Positions 1 through 12,066 of a stretch of 64,000 bases of DNA are shown piece by piece (within the stretch, counting starts at the first letter, position 1; the number at the start of each line of letters is the position of its first letter). Made by a program: the position numbers and the translations under genes. Below the pieces are notes generated by a model. That model saw only the letters and a list, made by a program, of their open reading frames with translations, was not told the DNA's origin and did no database searches. Origin of the DNA: Anolis carolinensis (lineage: Eukaryota); contig NC_085846.1 of the NCBI RefSeq assembly GCF_035594765.1, positions 10,899,190-10,963,189 on the forward strand, given 5' to 3'.

Positions 1-814
1 ATGATATGTGTCATGGGAATTGTAGTTTTTACAAGGTCTTTAGCCTCCTCTACTAAATAGGGCTGGTGCTTTATCAAAATACAACTCCCAGGATTCCACA
101 GCATTGAGCCAAGGCAGCAAAAGTGATGCCAAACTGCATTACTTCTACAGTGTTGATCAGTGGTTCCCAAGCTTTTTTTTTTTTTTTTTTACCAGGGACC
201 ACTTTGACCAGGGACCACATTCCAACATTAGTACCAAAAGGGTTTCAAATCAGTTTTTGGTCAACTTTAGATTTGGTTTGGTTATTTGGGGTGCTGATTC
301 AGAAAACTGCATTGGATAGACCACAACAGCTCTAGTTTCTGACACAGAACATATGCCATCCAGGAATCACCATCTGCTCATCCACAGAAAACCATATTTA
401 ATCATCTAGAGCAGATGTGGTCTGCAATTGTCGAAATCAGCATCCCAAATAACCCCAGGAACAGGCCTNNNNNNNNNNNNNNNNNNNNNNNNNNNNNNNN
501 NNNNNNNNNNNNNNNNNNNNNNNNNNNNNNNNNNNNNNNNNNNNNNNNNNNNNNNNNNNNNNNNNNNNNNNNNNNNNNNNNNNNNNNNNNNNNNNNNNNN
601 NNNNNNNNNNNNNNNNNNNNNNNNNNNNNNNNNNNNNNNNNNNNNNNACATCATCTGGCATCCTATTCAGCAGTTTTGAGACTATAAAGAGTTACAGATC
701 TTGTAACCCTGAGGACTTATGTTTATGGATATGAACAGATGTGATACCAAAACACAAGCTTTCAAGCTGTGTTATTATCTATAGTAGTAACAGTGAGGGA
801 GGGGACTGTATTTT

Positions 815-1383
815 TTTTATTTCTGCCCCTGCCTTATGGAATGCCTTGCCGCCCTATATGAGAGCCATGCATGAGTTAGGGCCTTTTACCCTAGCACTCA
901 AGACCTGGCTCTTTACTAGAGCTTTTAATCTATGTTAATTTTATCAATACAGTAGAGTCTCACTTATCCAACACTCACTTATCCAACGTTCTGGATTATC
1001 CAACGCATTTTTGTAGTCAATGTTTTCAATACATTGTGATATTTTGGTGCTAAATTCGTAAATACAGTAATTACTACATAGAATTAATGTGTAATGAACT
1101 ACGTTTTCTGTCAAATTTGTTGTATAACATGATGTTTTGGTGCTTAATTTGTAAAATCATAACCTATTTTGATGTTTAATAGGCTTTTTCTTAATCTCTC
1201 CTTATTATCCAACATATTCGCTTATCCAACGTTTTGCTGGCCCGTTTATGTTGGATAAGTGAGACTCTACTGTATTTGTATGTATGTATTTTTATCCTTT
1301 ACAATTTTATCTTGTAAATCGCCTAGAGCATCTTGGATGGAGGGCGATTAATAAGTAATTAAATGATGATGAATGATGATGAT
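815..1383 (+). mobile_element. L2-like LINE 3' fragment, interrupted by a MITE
   Basis: Encodes FFISAPALWNALP..MR...F...LKTWLF, a typical L2 ORF2 C-terminus. 3' UTR has tgtaaatcgcctagagc and an (ATG)n tail. Confidence 0.7.
950..1272. mobile_element. Tc1/mariner (Tigger/pogo-like) MITE
   Basis: TIR CAGTAGAGTCTCACTTATCCAAC at both ends; TA flanks. Confidence 0.9.
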
Positions 1384-2723
1384 TTTAGTTCCTGCAGACC
1401 AATGGTGGTCCACGGACCAAAGGTTGGGAACCACTGGTGTAGATGCATCCTAGTCTGACTACAAGGCTGAAAGCAGGACAACAGTATGACAGAGTTACAG
1501 CAGGACAGGCTAACTGGCAGCTTGTATTTGTTGTTAATTTGAATTCCAGAAACCTTATGACTGAGTGACTTCCAGAACACCTTGTTATTATCAGCCCTAT
1601 AAAGATCGTGGAAACTCAGGTTGAGTTTTATTAGTGGAGGGAAGAGATGCGTTGAGGTCTGGACTAGATAAAGGACAAAAGGCAGGATGCAGGAGAAGAA
1701 AGCAAGCTTGCCTGCTTCTGTGTCGGTTGCCAGGGGAAAGAAGAACCTAACAACTGCAAGACCAAATAAAGAAGCATCGAAGGGGGCTGTTGGATTAGAA
1801 GGAGCCGATCCTTGGCAAGATAGAAAACATCTCTCCCTCTAACCACTAGGCTTCCGCTTCCTGAGGGACTCCAAGCAAGATCCAAATTGCAGGGATATAT
1901 GAGCCTGCTTTGAATGGCCTCTGCCATTCTTCACTGCCTGCTTTCTCCTTCCCTCCGCCTCCTTCCAGCAGCATTGCCGCATGGCTAAAGCAAAGCAGCA
2001 GAAAGGAGAGTCATTAGCTTGACTTCTCGCCTTCCCTCCCCCAACTCCAAAGGAAAGTGAGGCCTGGCTCGCTCCTACCAACACACTCCTCCACAAAGAA
2101 GTCTTTCCCTCCCAGTCCAGGCTTCTTATATTCCCCTGAAAGGCAGCCAAGGCCCTTCACAATCCTGGGTTGTGGTCTGCAATTTCCTTTCTTCATCTTG
2201 CCCTGCAGAACATTCTGACCCTTAACTGCTAAGGACTGCATTATCATCACCCGTCCGACACTGCAGCGGCACCTACCGATCTCACTCTGCCCCTATAAAT
2301 CCAAGGAAGACCCCCACCCAAAAAAAAATCATAGCAGACCCCCTTTACTTTACTCTAGTCCCAAACCACCTAAACCTGAGACCTTATTGCTTACAAACCC
2401 TATTATCTCTTGTTATCCAGTGATAAGATAAATGAAGACAAGATATACTAGGGCAGGTCCTATCCTGCTGTGAAAAAAAACCCCTGAATATTCACATAAG
2501 TGTTACAGACGCCCCTATTGTGACCTTTCCGCACAAAAAATGCCCCCATTGTGTTTCTTCAATGCCATAAAAGGGACTTTATGGACACCAGATGAGGAAG
2601 ATATTGGTACAAAAGGCTGACTGGACCCCAGCTCTGGGATTTATAGGCTTCTCTATACACTTCTGTATGCAGTTTGGTCTCTATGGGACACAGGAACACA
2701 TATGAGGCAGGATGCCTCTAAGA

Positions 2724-2911
2724 TAGACATGGGCAAACTTGGGTCCTCCAGGTGTTTTGGACTTCAACTCCCACCATTCCTGGCCTCAGGCCCCTTCCTT
2801 TTCCCCCTCAGCCGCTTAAGCGGCTGAGGGGGAAAAGGAAGGGGCCTGAGGCCAGGAATGGTGGGAGTTGAAGTCCAAAACACCTGGAAGACCCAAGTTT
2901 GTTCATGCCTC
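2724..2911. mobile_element. Near-perfect palindromic hAT-type MITE
   Basis: The whole element folds back about the centre gcttaagc (2814-2821). Same family as 15695-15888. Confidence 0.85.
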
Positions 2912-3150
2912 CTCCAAGTCCAGAAGGATCTCTGCTCCGTTGCATCTCATAGGCTTCCTCTGACCCCACATATCTCCTTCTTGCCTCTCAAGGAGACCCT
3001 AAAACGTCACTTTACCCTACACCGAAGGGAATAAAGTGTGTGTGGGTGAAGACCCCCAGGTCAAGTTCATCAGAGGCACCCCAAAAACATACCCTTCTGA
3101 CCCTTCTCCATTCCCACCTCGCTCCTCATAGGGGCATCTAAAAAGAGAAG

Positions 3151-3407
3151 CATCCAGGCAGGAATCAGCCAGGCCTTGAAGCTGCAAGGCTTTTCAGGGG
3201 TAATCAATTGCAACATTCACAGTTGCTTCCCACAGGCAAGAGTTCTTTCTCCCATCACGGACCTTCCACAAATATAGAAATCTCCATTGACTAGTTCTCA
3301 ACAGACTTCACAACCTCTGAGGATGCCTGCCATAGATGTGGAGGAAACATCAGGAGAGAATGTTTCTGGAACATAGCCATACAGCCCAGAAAACTCACAG
3401 CACCCCA
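3151..3407 (+). mobile_element. Penelope-like element terminal-repeat fragment with hammerhead motif at 3314-3354
   Basis: Shares the recurrent cctCTGAGGAtgcctgccatagatgtg..GAAACatcagg block with about 12 other copies in the window. Confidence 0.75.
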
Positions 3408-3633
3408 GCAAAGGCCTGGCAGAGGTGCTCTCCCTCCCTCCCCTGCAATTTCAAACTTGCCCCAGTTTCCCCACAGACAATCCCCCAAGTCCACTTCTCC
3501 TCTGGCAATGCCAAGCTTCCCCCTTGTCTTACAATTGAAAGAGTGACAGTTGGGGGTTGGGGGAGAGCCCCCCTCTAGTTCCTCAAAGGGGTACCAAGAC
3601 CCATCCATAAAATGCCCTTCACCCTCCTAAGAA

Positions 3634-3959
3634 GGAGCCTCGTGGCAAAGTGTGTTAAAGCACTGAGCTGCTGTACTTGCAGACCGAAAGGTCCCAGGTT
3701 CAAATCCCGGGAGTGGATTGAGCACCTGCTGTTAGCTCCAGCTTCTGCCAACCTAGCAGTTCGAAAACATGCCAATGTGAGTAGATCAATAGGTACCGCT
3801 CCGGTGGGAAGGTAACGGCACTCCATGCAGTCGTGCCGGCCACATGACCTTGGAGGTGTCTACGGACAACACCGGCTCTTCGGCTTAGAAATAGAGATGA
3901 GCACCAACCCCCAGAGTCAGACATGACTGGACTTAACGTCAGGGGAAACCTTTACCTTT
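3634..3959 (+). mobile_element. Sauria SINE
   Basis: tRNA-like head with B box GGTTCAAATCC; (ACCTTT)n tail. Confidence 0.9.
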
Positions 3960-4219
3960 CCCAGAGGGGTGCCAAACCAGCCCTAAAGACCTTTCTATAA
4001 GATACCCTCCTTTCTGCCTTTCTACAGGCACCCCAAAAGGAAAGACACCCCTCAAGCAGATGGAGGGCCAAGTGGGGTCCACCTAGACACCCCCCAGGAG
4101 CCCCTTCTCCCCTCTTGCCTTACAGCATGACACCAAAGGGAAGGGAGGAGGTGCCCAAACCCTTCCCTACAACGTCCTTCACACACTTAACCTTCCAGCA
4201 CTTCTTTCCATAGAGGCCA

Positions 4220-5640
4220 CCCTTAAAGCAAGCAGCTTCCCAGCAAACTCTTCTTACAGGCACCCCAAAAGCAAGCGCCCCCAAACCCCATCCCTCCCCA
4301 CTCCTTACAGAGGCACCCCAAAAGAAAGCTTTCCTTCTGCCTTTCTTTGCACAGAGGCACCCCAAAAGAAAGAACCCCCAGCAATCCCATTCCTCCAATC
4401 TCCCCACAGATACCCTCTAACCTATCCCTCCCCATTTATTACAGAGGCACCCCAAAACAAAGCCTTCCTCCTGCATTTCTTTTCATAGAGGCCACTGCAA
4501 AGGCAAGCAACCTCCGAGCAAACTCTTCTTACAGACACTCAAATGCAAATGCCCTGAAACCCCATCTCTCCCCACTTCTGACAGGGGTACCCCAAAAGAA
4601 AGCCCCTGGCAAAGCTTTCCTCTCTCTTTCTTTGCACAGAGGCATCCCAAAGAAAAGCCCCTAGAAAAGCTTTCAGTCTGCCTTTCTTTGCCCAGAGGCA
4701 CCCCAAAAGAAAGCACCCCCTCTTCCCCCAGATATTCCCAATCCCACCCCTCCCTACTTCTTACTGAAGCACCCCAAAAGGAGGCCCCTGGCAAAGCTTT
4801 CCTTCTGCCTTTCTTTGCACAGAGATACCCCAAAAGGAAGCATCCCCCAGCAAGCCCTTTCCTCCAATCTCCCCCAAGATCCCCTCTCACCTGTCCCTCC
4901 CCATTTCTTACAGAGGCACCCCAAAAGAAAGCCCCTGGTAAAGCTTTCTTTCCACCTTTTGCACAGAGACACCCCAAAAGAAAGCACCCCCAGCAAGGCC
5001 TTTCCTCCAATCTCCTTCCATATACCTATTACTCCCCACTTCTTCCATGGGTCTTGCCAAAATGAGGCCTTCAGCAAAGCCTCCTTTTCGCAGGGATTTT
5101 CCCAAAAGAAAGCACCTTAGGAAGTCCTTTCTTCCATATATTCCCAAACCCATCCTTCCCCACTTCTTATAGGAGCACCCCAAAAGAAAACCCCTAGCAA
5201 AGCTTTCCATCTGCCTGACTTTGCACAGAGGCACTCCAGAAGAAAGCACCCCTTTCCTCCGATCTTCCCCATGATATTCCGTAACCCATCCCTCCCCACT
5301 TCTTCCAGGGGTCCCCCCAAAAGGAGGCCTCCAGAAAAGCCTGCTTTTCGCAGAGATACCCCAAAAGAAAACACCCCAGGAAGCCCTTTCCTCCATATAT
5401 TCCCAAACCCATCCCTCCCCACTTCTTATAGGAGCACCCCAAAAGAAAACCCCTAGCAAAGCTTTCCATCTGCCTGACTTTGCACAGAGGCACTCCAGAA
5501 GAAAGCACCCCTTTCCTCCAATCTTCCCCCAGATATTCCGTAACCCATCCCTCCCCACTTCTTCCAGGGGTCCCCCCAAAAGGAGGCCTCCAGCAAAGCC
5601 TCCTTTTGGCAGAGATGCCCCAAAAGAAGCCCTGCCTTGT
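4220..5640. repeat. Complex C-rich minisatellite in LPCAT4 intron 1
   Basis: Recurrent gcaccccaaaagaaagc core. Near-identical higher-order blocks start at 5141 and 5400 (259-bp offset). Confidence 0.85.
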
Positions 5641-6240
5641 CCTCCTCCCTGAGACGCCGCAAAAGCAAGCAGCCCAGACCAATCCCCCTCCTTCTTAGCG
5701 GGGCGCCCCAAAAGCAAGGGCTCACCTTGGCCCTCTGGAAGCGGCTCATCCGCAGGTCGTGGACGAAGGGGTTGGGCTCCGTGGCGGGGTCCTCCTCCTT
5801 GGGGGGCGCCCGGCCCGGCCCCCCTCCGCCCTCGCCGCCCTCGCCTCCCTCTCCGCCGCCGCCGCCGCCTCTTCCTCCGCCGCCTCCCTCCATGGCCGGA
5901 GCCCCCTTCCAGGCTGCCCTGCGTCTTCCAGCCCGGGGCTTCGGGGAGAGAAGGGCCCGGGAGAGCGACGCAGAGGCAGAGGAAGGCGGGCGGGAAGGAA
6001 GGACGGGGATCGCGGCCGGCGGGAGGCCCTGGCACCGGAGCGGGGCAGAGGGAGCGGGGATGCTCCGGAGGGAGGGAGGGAGGGGAGGGAGGGGCGGGAC
6101 TAAGGCCCGGGCGTCGTCACGGCGACGACATCCAAGGGAGGGGGCAAGGCAGGAGGAGGAGGAGGAGGAGGGATGGACTTTCGCTTTGGGTGGAGGAGAA
6201 GGCGCCCAGCATCCTCCCTGCGCCAATGGGACAACCCAAG
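5640..6240 (-). promoter_or_regulatory. CpG island / LPCAT4 promoter
   Basis: High CpG density in an otherwise CpG-poor window. GC box GGGGCGGGA at 6091-6099; RFX X-box-like palindrome GTCGTCACGGCGAC at 6113-6126. Confidence 0.75.
5726..5893 (-). CDS. LPCAT4: LPCAT4 (lysophospholipid acyltransferase, AGPAT7) coding exon 1; remaining exons lie left of the window
   Basis: Strong Kozak GCCATGG; 56 codons ending PNPFVHDLRMSRFQRAK, versus recalled human LPCAT4 PNPFVHELHLSRLQRVK. Phase-0 donor AAG|GTGAGC; lies in a CpG island. Confidence 0.85.
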
Positions 6241-6390
6241 GAGAGATGGCCAATACCATCCAGGCTCTGCTTCAGAAGCTCCAGGGTTGCAGAGCTTTGC
6301 GCCATGGCAGTCCAAAGGCACTGGAAGGTACCCAAGGCATCCTTTCCCTCCATCCCTGGAGATGCAGGCTACCTTGGGTACCTTCCAGAG

Positions 6391-7228
6391 CAGGGGTCCT
6401 CAAACTTTTAAAGTAGAGGCCCGATTCACAGTCTCTCAGACTGTTGGGGGCCCGGACTAGGATGAAATAGTCCAAAATTAGGAGTGTGGTTGTTGTTGTG
6501 TGCCTTCAAGACGTTTCAGACTTAGGTCCACCCTCAGTCTAAAGTTTAGGACAGAGGCCAGGTCAAGGACCGTGGAGGGCCTTCATTCGGGGACCCCTGA
6601 TCTACATAGATGATCTCATAAGACCATAAGTAAGCAAAGAGACCTGCAAAGACCATCTAGATGGTTTCATAAGACCATACGTAAGGAAAGGGGGCCCCAA
6701 AGGCCATCTACATGATCTCATCAGGCTATCAGAAGACCATAGGTAAGGAAAGGGACCCTCAAAGACCATTTAAATGGCTTCATAAGACCATAGGTAAGGA
6801 AAGGGACCCTCAAAGACCATCTAGATTGTTTCATAAGACCATAGGTAAGGAAACGGATCCTCAAAGACCATCTAGATGGTTTCATAAGACCATAGGTAAG
6901 GAAAGGGACCCTCAAAGACCATCTAGATGGTTTCATAAGATCATAGGTAAGGAAAGGGATTCTCAAAGACCATCTAGATGGCTTCATAAGATCATAGGTA
7001 AGGAAAGGGACCCTTAAAGGCCATCTAGATGGTCTCATAGGACCATAGGTAAGGAAAGTGACCTCCAAAAGCCATCTAGACGATCTCATAAGACCATAAG
7101 TAAGCAAACAGACCACCAAAGACCAGGTAGACTTAGGTCAACCCTAAGTCTAAAGTTTAGGACAGGGGCGAGGAAAATGAATTTGGAGGGCCACATCCGG
7201 CCTACGGGCCTTAGTTTGGGGACCCCTG
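6391..7228. mobile_element. hAT non-autonomous element carrying a tandem array
   Basis: TIR CAGGGGTCCTCAAACT / AGTTTGGGGACCCCTG. Perfect 8-bp TSD ttccagag (6383-6390, 7229-7236). Confidence 0.85.
6600..7128. repeat. 51-bp minisatellite, about 10 units
   Basis: Unit cataagaccataggtaaggaaagggaccctcaaagaccatctagatggttt; successive units start at 6781 and 6832. Confidence 0.9.
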
Positions 7229-7528
7229 TTCCAGAGCCTTGGACTTGGCCCTTGGACTGCCATGGCACAATGCTCTGCAACCCTGGAGCTTCTGAAGCAG
7301 AGCCTGGATGGCATTGGCCATCTCTCCTTGGATTGTGCCTTCCTGCTTGGCACAAGGGTTGGCCTAGATGGCCCTTGGCGGTCTCCTCCGACTCTGTGAT
7401 TCCATTCTCCTGGGAGTTGCAGTTTTACACGGCCCACCTTCTTTAGCCAAAGTGAGCTGGTGCCTCGGCAAATTCCACATCCCAGGAATCTGTAAAATTA
7501 TTATTATCTTTATTTATATAAAGGTAAA

Positions 7529-7860
7529 GGAGCCTCCGTTGGCTCAGTGTGTTAAAGTGCTGAACTGCTGAACTTGCAGACCGAAAAGTCGCAGGTTCAA
7601 ATCCCGGGAGCGGATTGAGCACCCGCTGTTAGCTCCAGCTTCTGCCAACCTAGCAGTTCAAAAACATGCAAATGTGAGTAGATCAATAGGTAGTGCTCCG
7701 GCGGGAAGGTAACAGTGCTCCATGCAGTCATGCCGGCCATGTGACCTTGGAGGTGTCTACCGACAACACCGGCTCTTCAGCTTAATAATGAAGATGAGCA
7801 CCAACCCCCAGAGTCAGACATGACTGGACTTAACGTCAGGGGAAACCTTTACCTTTACCT
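7529..7860 (+). mobile_element. Sauria SINE inserted in the tail of an opposite-strand copy
   Basis: Full head, body and ACCTTT tail; flanked by taaagg on both sides. Confidence 0.85.
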
Positions 7861-8160
7861 AAAGGATTTCCTCTGACATTAAGCTCAGTCATGTCCAACT
7901 CTGGGATGTGGTGCTCATCTCCATTTCTAAGCCAAAGAAGCAGGCATTGTCCGTAGGACTGCAAGGAGTGGCAATGTTACCTTCCCGCCGGAGCGCTACC
8001 TATTGATCTACTCACATTTGCATGTTTTCGAACTGCTAGGTTGGCAGAAGCTGGGGCTAACAGTGGGAGCTCACCCCGCACCCCAGATTCAAACCACCAA
8101 CCTTTTGGACAGCAAGCTCAGCAGCTCAGCAGTTTAACCCGCTTTGCCACCGAGGGCTCC
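7861..8160 (-). mobile_element. Sauria SINE
   Basis: Reverse complement of the same consensus; tail remnant aaggtaaagg at 7521-7530. Confidence 0.85.
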
Positions 8161-8361
8161 ATGGCAACTATGAGATGCCTTAAAATACATACAAACAGAA
8201 ACTTAAAATCAATAAAATTAAAATTAACACGTATTCAATATTTAAAAACATTGCATTCAATATGAAAATCACATCACCCGAAAATTATAGTCCAAGTTCT
8301 TTAGCCAAAGTGAGCTGGTGCCTCAGCAAATTCCACATCCCAGGAATCATTAAGATTAATA

Positions 8362-8702
8362 CAGTAGAGTCTTGCTTATCCAACATAAATGGGCCGGCAG
8401 AATATTGGATAAGTGAAAATGTTGGATAATGAGGAATTAAGGAAAAATCTTACAAATGTCAAACTACGTTATGATTTTATAAATTAAGCACCAAAACATC
8501 ATATTTTACAATAAATCGATAGAAAAAGCAGTTCAATACATGGTAACATTATGTAGTAATTACTGTATTTACAAATTTAGCACCAAAACATTGCAATGTA
8601 TTGAAAACATTGACTACAAAAACATTGACTACTAAAAGGCAGTCTGCGTTGGATAATACAGAACGTTGGATAAGTGAAGGTTGGATCAGCGAGACTCTAT
8701 TA
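8362..8702. mobile_element. Tigger/pogo-like MITE, same family as 950-1272
   Basis: cagtagagtcttgcttatccaac ... gttggatcagcgagactcta. Confidence 0.85.
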
Positions 8703-9306
8703 TTTTTATTTATATCCCACTTTATCTCCCCTAAAGGAGACTCAAAATGGCTTGACAGAAAAGCATGAGCACAGAATTTAAAATCTGCCTATCTATATAC
8801 ATCTATCTATCTTCTATCTATACACTATAATAAAAGTGGAAATCTGTATGTGTGCATGTGGTAGGGGTGTCCATTTATACAGACAGCCTCCAGCCTCATT
8901 GGCAACTTCCCATCCAAGAACTAATCAAAGCTGTACCTGTTTAGCTTCCCTGTCTTTTATTGCTCTTTGTCTGGCATTGTCTTAGCCTTTCTTCCCACGT
9001 AGAGGGATTCCAATTCAGACACACATGATCTAGATTGAAGTTAATGCAGTTTGGCACCATTTAATGCACTTTAAACGGCCATGATTCAATGCTATGGAAT
9101 GATAGGGACTGTGGTTTTGCAAGGTCTTTAGCCTTCTCTGCCCAAGATTCCACTGCATTGAGCCATGGCAGTTAAAGTGATGTCAAATTGCATGAATTAT
9201 ATCGTGCAATACACTGTAGAATGAATGCAGTTTGACACCTCTTTAACTGCTATGGTTCATGACTATGGATTCTTGGGAGCTGTAGTCCTACAAGGTCTTT
9301 AGTCCT

Positions 9307-9549
9307 GAGTTGCTGTGAGTTTTCCAGGCTGGATGGCCATGTCCCAGAAGCATTCTCTCCGGATGTTTCACCCACATCTATGGCAGGCATCCTCAGAAGT
9401 TGTGAGATCTGTTTGAAACCTCACAACCTCTGAGGATGCCTGCCATAGATGTGGGTGAAACATCAGGAGAGAATGATTCTGGGACATGGCCATACATCTC
9501 GGAAAACACAGCAACCCAGTGATTCCGGTCATGAAAGCCTTCGAGAACA
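9307..9549. mobile_element. Inverted pair of Penelope terminal fragments with two hammerhead motifs
   Basis: Minus copy about 9307-9406; plus copy about 9419-9549 with the motif at 9427-9467. Confidence 0.8.
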
Positions 9550-10305
9550 TGTTTTTAGTCTTCTCTGTCAAATAGTACTGGTGCCTCATCAAACTAAAAC
9601 TCCCTTGATTCCATAGCGTTGAATATGTGTGTATGCACGCGCGCACACACACTTTCAAGTCACCATATGACAAACGCATGGATTTCAGAAGGTTTTCTTA
9701 GGCAAGAGATACTCAGAGGTGGTTTGGCTAGTTCCTTCCCCTGAAACATAAACTTGAATTGATTGACTCAAGGTAGCTAACAATAAATATAAAACAAGGC
9801 AACAATGCAAATGTAAAACAATGCAAATATGAAACAGTCTAAATTCATTACTCATAAATGTAAACATTAAAAAACAACTGTATCATTAAAGCCATTATAC
9901 TTTAAAATGTTAAAATGCATTCCCACCCAGAAATTCCAATTGCACCAACCTTAAAAATCTGTCTCTCCTTAGTCCATAAATGCCTGATGGATGAGGAATG
10001 TTTACACTATAGGATAAATACAGTTTAACTACTATGAAATCATGGAAGCTGTAGTTTGGTGAGACAGTAGGACTCTTTGGCAAAGAAGGCCAAAGACCCT
10101 ATAAAACTACAACTTTCAGGATGCCATAGCATTGAGACATGGCAGGTAAGTGGTGTCAAACTGCATTTGTTCTGCACTGTAGATGTCCCCCATATCAGCA
10201 AGGTCGTGGACCAGTTCTAGGTTTCAGTGCAAACGTACTTTCTTTAAGATGCTAAGCCCCATTTCCAAATATGTCCAGCATCTCCGATGGCTCTTTTAAA
10301 GGCCA

Positions 10306-10814
10306 GACCACACCTGGAATACTATGTCCAATTCTGGGCACCACAATTGAAAGGAGATGTTGACAAGCTGGAAGATGTCCAGAGGAGGGTCTGGAGAACA
10401 ATCCCTATGAGGAGTGGCTTAAAGAGCTGGGTATATTTAGTCTGCAGAAGAGAAGGCTGAGAGGAGACATGATGAGGGACATGTATCAAGATGTGAGGGG
10501 AAGTCATAAGGAGGAGGAAGCAAGCTTGTTTTCTGCTGTCCTGGAGACTAGAACGCAGAACATTGGTTTCAAATTACAGGAAAGGAGATTCCACCTGAAC
10601 ATTTGGTAGAACTTCCTCACTGTGATTGCTGTTCAGTAGTGGAACTCTCTGCCCTGGAGTGTCGTGGAGGCTCCTTCTTTGGAGGTTTTGAAGCAGAGGC
10701 TAGATGACCATCGGTTGGGAGTGCTTTGAATGTGATTTTCCTGCTTCTTGGCAGAATGGGGTTGGATTGGATGGCCCACGAGGTCTCTTCCTACTCTATA
10801 ATTCTATGATTCTA
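10306..10814 (+). mobile_element. CR1 LINE 3' fragment
   Basis: RPHLEYYVQFWAP-type ORF2 remnant; (ATTCTATG)n tail. Confidence 0.9.
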
Positions 10815-11276
10815 AGTTCAGATTAAAAGACAAAGTGAATCTTCTTCCCTGCATTGATATACATGCCAACAGCCACCAAAAGATAGTGATCTATTTTAGT
10901 GAGTCTGATCCATTTTGACGCTAGCTGACCTCTCCCCATGGCCTGTATTTTTTGCTGAGCTCTGCCATTTGTGCAATGCTAGCAGTGCTGAAACTGCAAT
11001 ATTGTGAGCACAGGGACAACAACCAGGTGTCATAGCTACACACAGTGCCAGAGCCCTAGAGCATTCTCTGAAACAGACAATCTATATTATGTGCTGGTCA
11101 CATAGACCTCAAATATGTGCATTAGATTTTCCTCGTGCACATTTTGTCACTGTCTGCATAACTCAAAGGTTCTGCTGAAGACTGATGCTTGGAATAAACT
11201 TTATTTATCCCAACTAGTAGTACTGTGAGTAGGTTGGACTGAAAGTGGTGCTGGAATTTGGTGGATGTTTTAGGCA

Positions 11277-12066
11277 TGTTGCTGTGAGTTTTCCAGGCTG
11301 TATGACCATGTTCCAAAAGCATTCTCTCCTGATGTTTCACCCACATCTATGGCAGGCATCCTCAGAGGTTGTGAGGTCTGCTGCAAACTAGGCAAGTGAA
11401 GATTATATATCTGTGGACTGTCCAGGGTGGGAGAAAGAACTCTTGCCTGTTTGAGGCAAGTGTGAATGTTGCAATTGGCTACCTTGATTAGCATTGAATA
11501 GCCTTGCCGTTTCATAGCCTGCCTGCGGGAATCCTTTGTTTGGGGGGGGGGGGGGGGGTGTTAGCCAGCCCTGATTTTTCCTGTCTGGAATTCCGATGTT
11601 TTTGAGTGTTGCTCTTTATTTGTGTTGGCCAGCTAACAAAGGATTCTCCCAGGCAGGAAGCAGCCAGGCTATGCTGCTGAAGGCTATTCAATGTTTATCA
11701 AGCTGGCCAATTCCAACATGCACACTTGTCTCAAACAAACAAGAGCTGTCGAAGGCTTTCATGGTCAGAATCACTGGGTTGCTGTGAGTTTTCTGGGCTG
11801 TATGGCCATGTTCCAGAAGCATTATTTCCTGACATTTCACCAGAGTCTATGGCAGTCCGGAAGCCTCACAGCACCCCAGACAAGAGTTCTTTCTCCCACC
11901 CTGGACATTACATAGATATATAAACTTCACTTGCCTAGTTTCCAACAGACTTCACAACCTCTGAGGATGCCTGCCATAGATATGGGCGAAACATCAGGAG
12001 AGAATGCTTCTGGAACATGGCCATACAACCTGGAATACTCACAGCAATCCAGTGATTCCAGCCATG
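11277..12066. mobile_element. Cluster of Penelope fragments in both orientations
   Basis: Hammerhead motifs at 11328-11368 (-) and 11958-11998 (+). Confidence 0.8.

Larger units (their letters stand above)
158..1436. mobile_element. Non-autonomous hAT element with nested insertions; spans the N-gap at 469-647
   Basis: TIRs CAGTGGTTCCCAAGC / GGTTGGGAACCACTG. 8-bp TSD gtgttgat (150-157) / gtgtagat (1437-1444), 7/8 match. Confidence 0.7.

Noticed and set aside
406-687. X-rich ORFs (also 14920-15129)
   Set aside because: They span assembly N-gaps.
3634-3720. tRNA-like A/B boxes as tRNA genes
   Set aside because: They are SINE heads followed by SINE bodies and tails; no cloverleaf is evident.
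1-5725. LPCAT4 exon 2
   Set aside because: No minus-strand segment resembling FxLLGxxLAPIR..WPF with an acceptor was found by eye; it probably lies outside the window.
4908-6416. Long ORFs (375, 268 and 259 aa) over the CpG island and minisatellite
   Set aside because: By-products of GC-rich, low-complexity DNA. Only 5726-5893 has a Kozak context, homology and a splice donor.
6600-7128. 51-bp array as a CRISPR array or a 17-aa repeat protein
   Set aside because: No unique spacers and a eukaryotic context. The frame stays open only because 51 is divisible by 3, and it lies inside a hAT element.
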